64,000 bases of DNA from Ylistrum balloti. Taxonomy: Eukaryota. Of this stretch, positions 13,665-27,200 are shown in pieces. Each line of letters starts with the position of its first letter. The stretch's first letter is position 1. The position numbers and the translations under genes were made by a program. Below the pieces are notes generated by a model, which made no database searches, had not been told where the DNA came from, and saw only the letters and a program-made list of their open reading frames with translations. Location: the NCBI RefSeq assembly GCF_031769215.1, contig NW_026782091.1:992001-1056000 (forward strand), given 5' to 3'.

Positions 13665-16284
13665 TTAATGAGGATATGCTAAATTGTCACACATACAGTA
13701 AAATGATATATTTTTGCGTGGCCCAATTTCCATGGTTTTTCAAAAACGGCCAATTTCGTGGACATTTATTATGTTTACCAATATAGCTCAATAAATTTAC
13801 TGATTTTAATTTCAACAATTCAGGGATAAAGTCAACGAAAATAAATCCCCACGAAGAGTGATAACAGCATAATACTTAAACATTCCCTCAAATCTAACAT
13901 TCTAAAGAATACGTGACGCGAAATATGTAAAATTGTTTTAATTGGGGAAGAATCGAACATTGTATCTCTGAAACACCTTATGCAGCAAACCGCAAATTAG
14001 AAATTGGAGCTAAGTACGGTAATGCTTTGGTTTATGCAATAAATAGTTATTCCCTCAGTATAATGTTTTGTATGCTTACTTTTTTCGTATTAATAGAACC
14101 TCAAACACCTATGCGCTCTGATTTGTTTGAAACGATATTAGCACTCTGCATTGACCTTCATCAAAGCAATGGTTAATTACGGCAGGAATATTAATCTCCT
14201 TCCTAATGACATTTATTTAATGGCATTGAAATGTTTTGGTTATGGTGGCTTAATTGTGGTCAATATATATATATATTTTCATTTTTATTATTTTTCCTTC
14301 TTTACGAAATTAAGGAAATGAACGGAAACCAAAAACTTTATGATGTTTGGACTATCAACCTTTCGATGAACCATCTTAAAAGAGATCGGTTGTCGTCGTT
14401 TTTATTTATCTGTTTTTATAAACATGACTAGAATTTAGCCTATAAATTAGACACCTACCAACATGTAAACCGAAACACTAGAACACGTTACCTTTCGTGT
14501 TGCAGTCTGAAGTCGCTACATAATAATTGTCACAGACCCCACAATATCTTGTACATGTCGCCAGCGTATTACCAATATGTTATTTCATTACGACTTTGTA
14601 CATCTATTGTTTTTTATTGAATTTATTTGATATTTTGCATTTTATTCCTGAAGCCGGAAGAATGATATACATGAAAGCGAGTACAGCGGTATATCTATCT
14701 GAAGTTTGTTTGTCGTTCAACAGCGCAAAATACTGCTTGGGATATGTGTTATATGATCTTCAATTATTCCCTTTATTGCCTCCAGTGACGAAGATTACAA
14801 AAGAATGTGAAACAGATATACGAAGTATTTGGTACATATATACATAATAGGCATGCTATACATCCACACTTTATATAATATGGATGTACATATAAAAATA
14901 AACGAGAGCGGATATTTAAAGTTTACTCGAAGAATTTCAAAATATTTGACACAAACCAGGCGAATGATAAATTGTGTATATTGAGCTGAAATATAAATCT
15001 AGATATCTATAGATTCATGTACACGGATACGAAGTGCGTACCTACGCGTACGGTGCATAACACAGAAAACAGCCATGTTCAGTTACGGTACGCGCACAAC
15101 GCATCATAAATTTCGTGCGCATATCGTGCATTCATCGTGTACACACTCGCACTATAATGTATCAAGCGCACAACTGTGCGATAGGATTGCACATTTTGTG
15201 CGGTTTGGTAAAAATGGTTGGCTAATATTACGGATTGGAAATTACAAATCAAACTCGTGTAGTTATGACTTAATTAATTGGTGGTTATTAAAGTCATTTC
15301 TAATTGTATAGTGTTCGAAATAACACTGGACCCTACATTAATTAATGGCGAGTGGTGTGTTTCGGCCAACAAAAACTACCTGAATCTGGTATATATAAGT
15401 GACATGTCAGAATCCGATGAAGTCTCCCGTGTAACAAACACAACACTTCAAATGTATATATTTTTTTTTACAAAATGATAGTCATACTGAAGTAATGAAA
15501 ATAAAAAATTTGATTGCCTAGACAAATAGAGATTATCATAAGTCAATTATATGTAATGAGTGCCTGTACGCTAAGACTTGTTAACAAAACAATTCCAGTT
15601 TCGAGTGGATATATTATTCAGTCTGTATCTGATAGATCTATGTTTCAAAATTATATGGCTTAATTAGAAATTATATATTTTTTACATTATATGATAAATA
15701 AACCGGATACCACACTTATCTGTAAGTAATTTCTAGATTTATATCAACGACGATAGAATCGTACAACGTGCACACAGATGCGCGACAGCATATTTCGTCC
15801 AATTTTGCTATTGCAGGTACATCAATGGACATATCTAGCATTTGATCCTATGTGTCTCTGTGTCAGATATTGTTGGATTGACTTTCGAGAGATTTAGCGG
15901 ATTTAGTCATTTTCGGAGGCATGTGCTGCATAAAAGTAAAAAAAAAGAGTACTGAATGAGTGTGATTGTTTATGTGAGTTGTGAGTGCTGTCTTGAATCT
16001 TGCAAATAGACGTTTGTGCCATTCTTTATATCAGTTTTGCTAGTCGTGTCCGGCCATGTTACAATAATTATGGATACATAATTTGAAACTGGTTTTAGTT
16101 AATCTAATACTAAATAAAATATTATAGAAATTATCACATAGAAATAACACCCACTTACCTGTGTAGACATACGAGTCGGTAGTTGTAACGTAATATGAAC
16201 AGCAGGGGCCTTTTACGAGCTCCCGGATCGTTTTAGATGGCTGGTTTGGTACGCTTTGAATGACAGGTCCATGCCACACCAGTA

Positions 16285-16470
16285 TACATTAATGATATAG
16301 TGGGCGATATTAATTGTAAAATAAGATTATTTGCTAATGACACTGTCTTAAACTTAACAAAACAAACTCAACTGTCGATGTAAATACTAATAATGACCCT
16401 TTGAAAATACACAATTGGGCAAGTAACTGGCTAGTTAAATTTAACCCAGTCAAGCAGAATCATTATCGAT
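16285..16470 (+). mobile_element. Left-arm copy of the same CR1-group RT fragment (5' part deleted)
   Basis: Translates YINDIVGDINCKIRLFANDT...DPLKIHNWASNWLVKFNPVK; inverted homolog of 29760-29940. Confidence 0.82.
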
Positions 16471-18529
16471 AGAAAAAAAAGCGACACAGCAAATAAAATT
16501 CTATGACAATAAACAGTATCACTGTATCCGATTTTAGTTCATAAAGATTGTCCAAGGAATATCCATGTTTATCATATATTGAAAGTATATATTTAAAGTA
16601 TCACAAAGCCTAACTGCATTAAGAAGTCTAAAAAAATACATTTTTGTATGTAAAGATTCTTTTTTAAATTCCTTAATACAGTTATGGGATGTTTTACCTG
16701 ATGGCATTCGTTAAATTCCGTCTGTTAGTAAATTCAATTTTTTTTACTAAAAAGTAATATTCCTAATCACTTTTACATTGGCAACAGACCTCTTCAAATA
16801 TTACATGCATGATTGCGACTTAAATGTAATAATTCATAACAACAACTTTAAATAAAAACTCTATAGGAAAGTCCACTATGTATTTGGGGTTTCGTTGAAA
16901 GTAGTGTCCATTCCTTATTATCATGTAGTAATAATCAGACAATTATCAGACAATTATCAGACAAAAAACCATACTGCAACTTGATATCAGTGTTACTGAA
17001 GCAAATCGTATATGGGGAACTCTAGACTAAAAATGAAGTATTTTCTTAACTTTTCAAAATATATCAAATTTAGTAAGCGTGCTGATTGATTACTATAGAC
17101 TAATACTTACTGTAGTATTTACTTGTATGGAATCTACTGTAACAAGAGTCAAATTTGGATACACACTACCCGACATCATTGCATACTGTAATTTGTACAT
17201 GATCACAAGTATCAATTACGGCGTCATATACTTTGTGTATATAATGTATTATGCAATCAATCGTATTCACCATACATGTATATGTCGAAATTTAATTGTT
17301 ATTCACAATATGATGTACGCATAGTGTTATAAGACCTGTAGTTTGCTGTTGTTGTATGGGAAAGGAATTAAGATGTTTTCCTATCAAAAAATGCAAACTA
17401 TGTCTGTTTATTTTGTTCTTGTATTTAATCAAATATCGTTTAAACTATAGAAAGTGTAAATTCTAAAATTATTTTATATGAAAGAGAAACGCTGTAACTG
17501 ACGCCATTCATTCATATCATGACATTATATCTAGTAAATTAACAACTTTTTGAAACTTTTCCACCGATATCCTACTCTTAGTAGTAATCTTATTTAGTAA
17601 AATCAGATACTTTGCTTAATCAGCTCTCTCACACCAATATTTTAGCTGAATAAAGATGAACACAGATTTGTTTTATATGTCCCTTGCTGAATAAAACTTG
17701 AGCCGATCATAAAATAACAAAATATGAAACCAAAATTTTATAACATTCAAAATTACAAAATGAGAAATTATTTTACATCTTCTGTATGATACCAGCAAAG
17801 TGTCCCATATGACTATATCTATAGGTATATGTAAATTCATTTAAATATGTCACTATAACAATAACAGTAATTAATATGATCATGAATTAGGATCTATTTC
17901 AACTTTGGAAATGGATGCAGAATATAATAGTCATTGTAATTTCACTTGTAAAATGAAAGTTCGATGTGAAGGTGTCGTTTTCGTTGATTTTATTCTCATT
18001 TCAGGAAATGTCATTACTTACTTGAAAAAATACCTAAATGTCGATAGAATATTAGTTTAAATTCAAATTTTATGAAACTAAAGAACATGAACAAAAGAGA
18101 GATTCATACCACGGAAACCCCTGACGTTGTACAGGAAGAATATGACCAGATGTTTTGGAAAGGTAAGCGTTATCTGTGTCATCGTCTTGTTAATATTGGT
18201 CAAAAACAGTAAATAATGTCACGTTGTCAAATACGAATTAAAACTTTGTTTATTTGCTGTGTTATATAAAGATACGTACAGTACAATCCTCTCTCAATAT
18301 ATATGATAAATCATTGATTATCTAAAATCGATCAGTCTATGTTCAACAAGTCTTTTAGCCTCAATTGTGTCAAATTTCAATATTTTAATCAAAGATTTGA
18401 ATCAGCTACTTTTTCAATAATGGTAGAATGGTTGTAATGATAGCTATTTGACCTTTAACTATTGCGGGAAATACTATTCTATTGTTATGTATCAGACATA
18501 TCGTCCAAATGAATATTGAATATATACGC

Positions 18530-18790
18530 CTGAAATCACAACATTCGAGACAATTTTCCTCTTCTGAATACCTTTGTTACGAATTTGTCCGTTAGTTGGC
18601 GACGTTTTGCACTAAAATCGTAACAATGGGAACAAGACATTAAATGTCGAATCAAATGTGATGGATTAGCATCATAGGTTGAGGATGCTGGGATGTTGCT
18701 ATCCAGAAATGGAAAATTCACATTAGGGAAATTCAAATTATCACGATGATCATACAGCTTGGTGGAACGCTGTTTGTTTCGTTAAAAGAA
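18530..18790 (-). mobile_element. Penelope-like element RT C-terminal fragment (left arm)
   Basis: KLYDHRDNLNFPNVNFPFLDSNIPASSTY....HLIRHLMSCS resembles the PLE motif LYDKRDDFNFSIVNFPFL.SNIP...AYGVYISQLIRYARAC. Confidence 0.75.
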
Positions 18791-18923
18791 AAGATCGAGA
18801 TAAGCGGCCGATGTAGAGGAGTCTACTGTGTCCTTGGTTTCCAATTCTGGTGGATAAATACGATTGACGTGGTCAATAAATTTTAAATTGCTTCTTTTTT
18901 ACTGTAGATAGCTGCTTCGATAA

Positions 18924-19540
18924 CTATCGTTTTAGTGCAGCAGCTAATACCAACATACAGGTCGCGAATTTGAGAGATGCCGACATTCCGTAAAGTGGTT
19001 TGGTGTAGGATCCTGTCAGATTAACGAACAATCCTGTAATATAGACAAGATACTTGTACAGTTAATGTTTGTACAGCAACGTATCCATTTGTTCTTCCAT
19101 AAAAAGAGAGAGCAAACACGTAGTGAATAACATAAGAGTAAGAAATACTTTCCATCATACAATTTAAGCAACAAATGCTAAGCAAATGAAATACTACAAG
19201 CTTCAAAGTTGTCATGGAGATGGAGGTTATGTTAACCCCCGCCGTCATTCTCAAGGAAGAAAAGCAAAAGCAAACAATCCGATCATCGTGAAAAAAGCAG
19301 ATAGAAGAAGGTCACTGCAGTGGTAGATATACTTTTCGCCCAAACCAGGAAGGATTCCAGAAATCGTCATCCCTAATTGTGAATAAAGATACAGTAGCAC
19401 TGCTGTTTCAGAGTCTAATCCTTTTATTTCAAGAAAATCGATAAGAAATGTCAAAGAAGAATTTATAACTGGAAGTGTACAGCAAAAAGCCACCACATGT
19501 GTTAAATAAACTTTGTTTGATATCAACGACCTCAGCGATT
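18924..19540 (-). pseudogene. Truncated, frameshifted duplicate of the SLC16/MCT-like gene (3' half of exon 3 plus exon 4)
   Basis: Reverse complement aligns to 27311-28130. It lacks everything 5' of LRSLISNK, has a 43-nt frameshifting deletion after FLP (giving TGA), a 123-nt deletion removing the exon-3 donor, and an early TAG in exon 4 (cta at 18924-18926). Confidence 0.88.
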
Positions 19541-19609
19541 ATTTTAAAGATTTTAAAAAGAGGTAAAAGCTTCATCACATAACCACCCTGTTATTCAGTA
19601 AATTCGTTC

Positions 19610-19790
19610 ATTTAGATAAAAACGTGATTTTCCGTGGTAGATTTATTTTCTTTGTTTTCGTGGTTACTCTTAATCTATTTCTATATTTATATATACAAAT
19701 TATTCAAATTAGCATAAGTAGATTTTTTAGCTATGCTTATCCACGAAATCAAGTGTTACGAAAATAGAAATTATATAAACACACCAAGTA
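19610..19790 (-). mobile_element. MITE-like dispersed repeat, inverted homolog of 25716-25890
   Basis: ttttcgtggttactcttaatc...ttcaaattagca...gcttatccacgaaatcaa matches the reverse complement of 25750-25860. Confidence 0.5.
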
Positions 19791-20925
19791 TTGGCAGCGT
19801 CTTTACCTCTCGAGGCAGTTTTCCAAATCATAAAGTTAGACTCTAGGTCGTTGACTTTTACAAGATATTCAGTTTGGGCAAATCGTTAAGTATTGGTCCG
19901 TAAAAACGGTAAGTAAACCCAATATTCAATATATAGAGAGACAGTGAATGCAGAATTAACGATCACCAAATTTTATCACTGCATACGTCATCTTCATAAT
20001 GATATTTACACTGCTGCGGTCACCTTGAGTGATACAGTTTGTACTACATTGCAATGTGTCTTGGATATTATCAGATGACTTGTTGACATGTTCTGTGTTT
20101 GGCTCTAGCGCGAGCGATTAATTATACATTCCCTTAACTTATCCAGTTTCGTTGAGATATGGCGCAAAAAAATGTTTTAAGGTACAATGCATTGAAATTA
20201 AACACACAAAGTATTATCCAGCTTGTATTACAAACACTTTTAACCACTGTCGTAATTGCAGGCCAAGTGCACATCCATCTATAGTATAAGGTCTCTTGTT
20301 ATAAGACAATGGTTTTGTGGATCTCTGGCAGCATTTTTTCTTCTCGATGCAGTTGTCTCAATCATAAAGTTAAACTCTAGGTCGTTGACTCTTTACAAAA
20401 AATATTCAGTCTGGCAAATCGTAAAGGTTTGGTCCGTAAAAAAGGAACAGTAAGTTAACACAATATTCAATATATAATAGTGACCGTAAATACACAATAA
20501 GCGATCACCAAATTTTATCAGTGTATACTTCATCTTCACTTCCCTTACATAATACTGATTGCTCATAGCTCGGGTTACATTTAGCAGTGATAAAGTTTGT
20601 ATTACATTGTAACGTGTCTTGAGTATTAACATATGACCTGTTGACATGTTCTGTGTTTGGCTCTAGGCCGAACTATTAATTATAAATTCTCTAAACTTAT
20701 CCTATTTGGTTAGGATATGGAGTAACCAAGGTTTTAACTTACAACGCATTGAAATTAAACACAAAAAGTATTCTCAAGCTTGTCTTACAATCGCTTTTTA
20801 ACCGCTGTCGTCATTGCAGGTCAGGCGCACATCCAGTTTGTATTGCATTGTAACGTGTCTTGAATGCGAAATATTAGTTATACATTCTTTAATCTTATCC
20901 TGTTTCGTCGATATATTTCGTGAAC
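19791..20925. repeat. Diverged tandem duplication, about 534-bp unit, two full copies plus a partial third
   Basis: ctctaggtcgttgact at about 19841 and 20375; ttgttgacatgttctgtgtttggctctag and cattgaaattaaacac recur with similar spacing. Confidence 0.85.
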
Positions 20926-21689
20926 AAGGCAGCTACTACACTTCTCAGTCCCACACGGGGCACCAGTGGATATAGTTTATTATAGTATGTGTTTATAAAC
21001 TTAAGTATTTCAACGATTTCATAGATAAAAATACCGGTATAAATAGTATGGAAATAATTTATGATGGATACAATACATATAGAAATTAACCTATCTTATT
21101 TTCTTTTTCAATACATATCCAGCAGTGGAAAACATGTATATTTTAAATAAGTAGGCATCTCTCATGCATTTTTAATGTGATGCTACTTGAATGGGCGTGT
21201 CGCTATTGACAAAGAGTAGTGTGTCTTGTCAGTGTTAGTGGCAACTGAGGTCAGAACTTCCTTATTTAGAAAAAGGGAGTTTTTGATATAACTGAAAATA
21301 TTCTACATATTCTACATTTCCTTTTATACTCTGGATGGTGGTTTAAGACTGCACTACCGGTGCACAAAAAACTCTACCTGTAGTATAAGCTTACCAGAGA
21401 CCAGAAAACGAATCAAAATTAAAATAACAGTGAGTGAATTGAAATGCATTAGACCATAGGCAAAGCTGAATCAGGAAGTTAATGTCCACAAGGCTCTTGT
21501 ATTCATCATTATTAAGGTGTTGATCAATATGGTTTTCCATACTGAAGTCAGTTTAGATTCTAGTTCAAGGTAGGTAAACCATAACGCTTAATAACTTATA
21601 AGTAGAGATAAAACAACACCAACGAATAACAACAATGTTATTTAGGGAATTTGAATTGTTCTTTGAGAGACCGCTGTTATTTGTATCTT

Positions 21690-22420
21690 GATATTTCTTA
21701 AAATGATAGCACATTAAATATTCAAATGTGTTCCGCCCGTATGTCCATCCCTCCGTCTGTCCGGATGCTGCATTCCACATCTCTTTTGAAGGACTGTTCG
21801 GATTTTGATGAAAATTGGTTGGCACACTTGTCCCTTGTCCATATTCGATTAACGGCGAATTCCGCGCATATATAATGAGGCTGCTGAGACCTGATTGGCT
21901 GATTTCTTTAATCCGTGTACAGAAATGCTTTCTGTACAATATTTTATGAAGGAATAATAAGATTTTTAAGAAATTTGCTTTGTAGAGTTATTACCTTTAT
22001 TCCTTGTTTAGGTTCTATGCATATTTTATGAAACTGCTTTGACCTGATTGACAGATATCTTTCGGCACTCTGACCGAATGCTTTCCGCATGTATCTTTTG
22101 AAGGAACAAATGAATTATGAGGAGACTTGCTTGGTACACTTATTACATAATCTCCTCACTGAAGTTTGATCAACCGTTAATTCCAAACATATTTAATTAT
22201 GTTGCTCTTACCTAATTAGCTGATTTTTCAAAACAGTCTTATGCATCGCTTTCCAAACTTCTTTCAACGGAATGATCATTTTTTGATGAAACGTGCTTAG
22301 CCGGCTTAGTACCTTAACCATTCTCTTAAATTTGATTATCGGCTATTTCCGCTAACATTTCTAATTAGTCAGCTGTGACCAGAATGACTGATTGCTTTGC
22401 ACAGAATATTTTTGGAACTT
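21690..22420 (+). mobile_element. Non-autonomous HINE/MITE-like element with degenerate internal repeats of about 100 bp
   Basis: A degenerate (GTCC)n-like tract gtatgtccatccctccgtctgtccgg is followed by recurring atcttttgaagga / ttgatgaaa blocks. This architecture resembles bivalve Helentron-associated elements (recalled pattern, not searched). Confidence 0.4.
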
Positions 22421-22745
22421 AAGACGCCAAAAACCATCGAATAAAAATGATAAGTAGAAACAGAACAATAACAATAGGTGGATCCTCTAATTGGTAAAAA
22501 GTCTTAAACCTCCAAAAATCCAAAATGTTCTTAGAAGCCTAATGTTCAAAGTAAAGGTGCACTATCACCGGTTATGATTTGATTTTCTGATAGTAATTTT
22601 CTTGCAATTTTACATATCTGACTATAAGATGCTGTATTGCATTTTATTAATGTGAATAAACCATTTTATTGTTTTGTCATACTTGAGCGGAAGTAGAATC
22701 ATTGACTGATCCAGCCTTCTGTGACATACAATAAATACGATTTGG

Positions 22746-22918
22746 TAAAAGAAGGGAATATAATGATATGATAAAGCTGATTTTGATATTCACAGCATTA
22801 TGCTACTAAATTGTTATTGTATTGGTCGCTTTAAAAGAAGGAAATATAATGATATGATAAAGCTGATTTTGATATTCACAGCATTATGCTACTAAATTGT
22901 TATTATATTGGTCGCTTT
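22746..22918. repeat. Near-perfect 86-bp tandem duplication
   Basis: aaaagaagg(g/a)aatataatgatatgataaagctg...ggtcgcttt begins at 22747 and again at 22833. Confidence 0.93.
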
Positions 22919-24255
22919 CAACGGAACTTTAAACTGAACATAAATAATAAATTATTTCAATACTTTAGTTTTCCATGTTGCTCACTTAAAATTTTTATAC
23001 AGACAAACTTCGATGTTTCGTAGTTCAAGGGACTAACCAAAAGATTCGATACATCGATATATCGAATCATTTGTGGTGGCTTATATCAAAGTTTTCATGT
23101 TCAAGGCTATATATAGTTGATGACACGATATTTCTACCTGTATTTTACAAATGCACATATGCGGGGGCTCTTGATGACTATGTCCTTGTTTAGAAAATTG
23201 AACCAATTGCTTTAATGTACTTTTCTTATTCATGTAATTTTTGTCTATAAAATTACCATTATACTTTATGAATATCTTATTCATTAAAATAGCATTAACT
23301 CTACAATAGGTAAATAACCATAAGTATCATAATTATGAACAGCATTTTAAAAATAACTTTTAGCTAGATATGATAGAACCAAACAATAATATTGCATCAT
23401 ACAGCTGTTTCGTCGGTGGTGGTAAGAATTGAAATATTGAAAATCTAGTAGGCGACTGAGGAAAATAACGCTTGGTCGAAAGAAATGTCAAAACAAATTG
23501 GACAATGGGACGTGGAAATTAATAAGGTCATTTGCCTAACCGCAATGGTTTTTCACTGATACAGGCATCTTGCATGATTCCATCTTTTCGGTATAAAAAT
23601 CAGACCTGTTTAATCACATTGCACGTCCCACAAAAATGGACAAGTACTTTTGTTTAATTACGATTTCATCAATGTATGCTCAGAACTCAAAAGTGTAGAT
23701 AATATTTACATGCACAATTGATATGCTTCAAAAATATGTTTAGATATACAAAGGAATAAAATAATAAAATAATAAAAAAGAAGCATAGACAAATTTATGT
23801 ATTCCGTTAAAGAACAGAAAAAAAAACACTTTTCTCTTTTTCTTAGAAAAATTGAAAACAAATTTCCGCTTCACTTCAAAACACTGTTTGAAATCAACTG
23901 GTCATGGACTTGCTTATGTCTGAAAATATGACGTACTTATTTAATGTATTTTACCCTCCCATTACTTTTCTCACTTTGGCCATTTGATTGAAATGGATTC
24001 TTATAGGTTTTGCATGTTAGTCTATTCAATTACATATGTAATCCTGTTATTAAAATTAGAAATGAAAAATGAAATTTTTTTGTTGAAATTTGATTTCAAG
24101 GATGTATCTTACTAGCGAAAAACATTAACACTAAAATTCATACCTATTTATCATTTCGTTTTATATATATATATTCATGGAACAAAAGCAAACCTCCCAT
24201 AAAAACTACTTTTAATTGGATGGCTTCATTCATATTATTCATTCTACTATCCCAG

Positions 24256-27200
24256 ATCTGCTACAGAAGAACAGACCCCTAAACAAAAGACATCAAGAAG
24301 AAAGTGGCTGGTGTTACTGTCAGGATTTATCATTATGGCGATCCTTGTTGGATTTGTATTTAATATGTCTATCCTCATTTCTGAGCTTATGCGTACATTT
24401 GGAAAACAAAAGTCGGAAACAGCTTTAGTACAATCCATTACAATCGGGATACTGTATACGGCAGGTAAGCTGGCTTTATGTATCAATATAATAGCTGTCG
24501 TTATTAATATTACAAAATATTTAAAGTTCATATGTGATTAAGAGAAAATATATTTCTTTGTGCTATATGAAGATGAACGTGTTTGATGCTCGTTAGTTGG
24601 TTATTGGTACCGTTGTTGCATACATTGTTCTCATTTGGAACACTCGAAATGACCAAGGTTTACATTTTTCATTGATGAAGCAGAAGACACTCTTACTCTT
24701 CCGGAACACCTAGTCTTATTTTCCTTGTGTTTTAAGGGGTATCGTTTATTCATATGTTGCCCTGGCTGATAAATTTGCGTTTGGATTATGAGTATATTGA
24801 ATATTTTTAGAATACTACCTGTAAACAAAAAAAAATTTGCATAATTGATTCAACGAGGAAGAAATATGAACAAAGACAGACTGTTTTTAATACATAATCA
24901 GGTAAAGCCAAAATAATAGCGAGAGAAAACACGACAGCAATGTACTCTCAAAGTTCGTGATATTGAAGTACTCGCAGTTTTACAAAGTTCACGTTATACG
25001 TGTACTCTTAGTTCTACGAAGTTCATGTCATTGAACTACAAAGTTCATGTTATTGAACAGCATTTTATACCATGTGGAATGCAATATAGAGTTAACTATG
25101 GCAGGATATTGGACAAATATGACATTAATCCACAATAAAAAACTTTTGCATGGTATCGAAGTAACACGTCAAGCAACATTTACACTCACAGATGCGATAT
25201 TGATGGAAAATAAATTCTCTTTATATTACCACTGAAAAAATATCATTTCATGGTATGCTTGACCGAATATCAAATCTGAATGAACCTATGTTAAATGGAG
25301 TTCTTCACTCCATAATGAAGTTTCGAAAATAAGTGTTTTAAATGTTTGATGTATTTTTTTTCATATTCAGGAGCTGTAAGTGGAAAATGTCTGTTCAGAT
25401 ACGGAGTGAGATCAACTGGCATAATAGGAAGCATATTGGTCAGCCTAGGACTGATTTTATCCTTCTTCGCAAATAATATACCTCATCTCATTGCCACGAT
25501 TGGTGTAGTTTCAGGTAGGAATTTTATTTCTTAAATTTTGTTGGTAAAATGTTTTGTCTGCAGCACGCAGATCTAAGTCTTCAATAACAACCCATGTAAC
25601 ATGTAAATCACATTCACACATATTAGCTGCAGGGTCCGTTACAAACTCTTTTCTCACAACATTATTCCAAACCTTTATCCCGTGTCTCATCTTACGGCCA
25701 CCCACATGTTCTACAGTATAAATTTCCGTGTTTAAAATCCTATTTCGGGAACCTTTGATTTCGTGGATAAGCTAAATAAATCTAATTGTGCTAATTTGAA
25801 CAATTCGTAGACATATGAATAAATGGATTAAGAGTATCCACTAAATTCACGAAAATAAATCATCCTCGGAAATTAATATTGTTTATTACATTTTCATCGC
25901 AAAAATAAACCAAAACAATGGCAAACTTACGATAACTATAAAATGGGTAAGTTGACCATGCTTATTCCAGACACTACTCACTCATTATACAACGATGTTG
26001 TGCGCGGCAAAAAAATAGTCCATATTATGAAAAATCAGTTAAAATATACAGACTCATAAACAAATCCTAATGAATGTTTATTTGTGTTTGGACATGAATT
26101 TTGTTATTTATTGATGTCACTTATACACAATGAAATGGTTTAAACGTTTAACTGAAAAAAACAATGTTTGATAAATTCTTCCGCGCATGAAAAAGTATGG
26201 CGCCATCCTAGTCGCTGTCACTATCAATGACACGGATTCTTTTTAAATGCCTTGGTCCACACTCAAGACTCTTAGAACGGGGATGGGTTTGACCACTGAT
26301 AACACAGTTAGAGTTACTAACTTGCATCGTCTGCTGACTGCCATGAAAATGGAAATTTACGTTGGAGTTGAAGGTTGTGTTCCCAGTGAACAAACTCCTG
26401 ACAGAATTGGAGTAGATTTGTATCGGGCTCTCTGATTGGTCAATCCTCAAAGTGATATTTTTCACAGTGAAAAATATAACTTTCATCAGTTTGAGATATC
26501 CCTATATTTCACTGCTAGAAATGTAATAATATGTAAAACCTACACGCTGTGGCTGATTTTCACTTTCAGACATTGAATAACAGTCACTGACAAAGTACTT
26601 CCGATGGGCAATACTAAAATCTGAAGTGGATAACTCACAAAATGTCCGGAAGTTTGAAAGCTGTTATGTTGCGATGTAACATCTAGATTTACTGGAGACT
26701 GTGATGAAAATTAAGACAGAGATAATGAAAATGAAATCATCAAACATTTGGTATAAGATTCAACATACTTCCTTGTGAGATCTTGATGGCGCCTATTTTG
26801 CCACCCAATGTTACTCTCAAATAGATTTATCTACCCATGTTTCCATCTTTAACCCCTCTTATGGACACTAACCCGTTAAAGATAAATAAAACTTGAACTT
26901 TTCGGTTTTAACTTTGCCTGTCAGAAGATTACTTTTATTACTGAATGATGACAACTGGACAATCGATAAAGGTACAACTGCAACTTTACTTTCAATAGGT
27001 TTTGGTTCCTCTGCAGTCTACATTTCCGCAGTAACAAGTATTGGAGAATACTTCGAAGAGGACTCCAAACTTGCTTTGTCATTCCTCACATTTGGATCCG
27101 GATGTGGCTGTATGGTAATTCCTTTCCTCTTTCACAGACTTATCGAAGAGTTCGGATGGCGGGGGAGTTTACTTATACTTGGCGGGTTAATGGCAAATGC

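Larger units (their letters stand above)
4570..19540 (-). repeat. Left arm of a large inverted segmental duplication
   Basis: Collinear reverse-complement matches to the right arm: 4570-5070 with 49850-50345; SLC6 exons and introns; 13664-15070 with 40050-41502; 15530-15600 with 39826-39890; 15610-16280 with 30790-31349; 17080-17240 with 29440-29600; 17500-17900 with 28880-29300; 18530-19540 with 27311-28480. Outer boundary is approximate. Confidence 0.92.

Noticed and set aside
26893-26998. N-terminal extension of the 304-aa MCT ORF (MNFSVLTL...)
   Set aside because: It lies upstream of the phase-compatible acceptor at 26998 and is intronic read-through.
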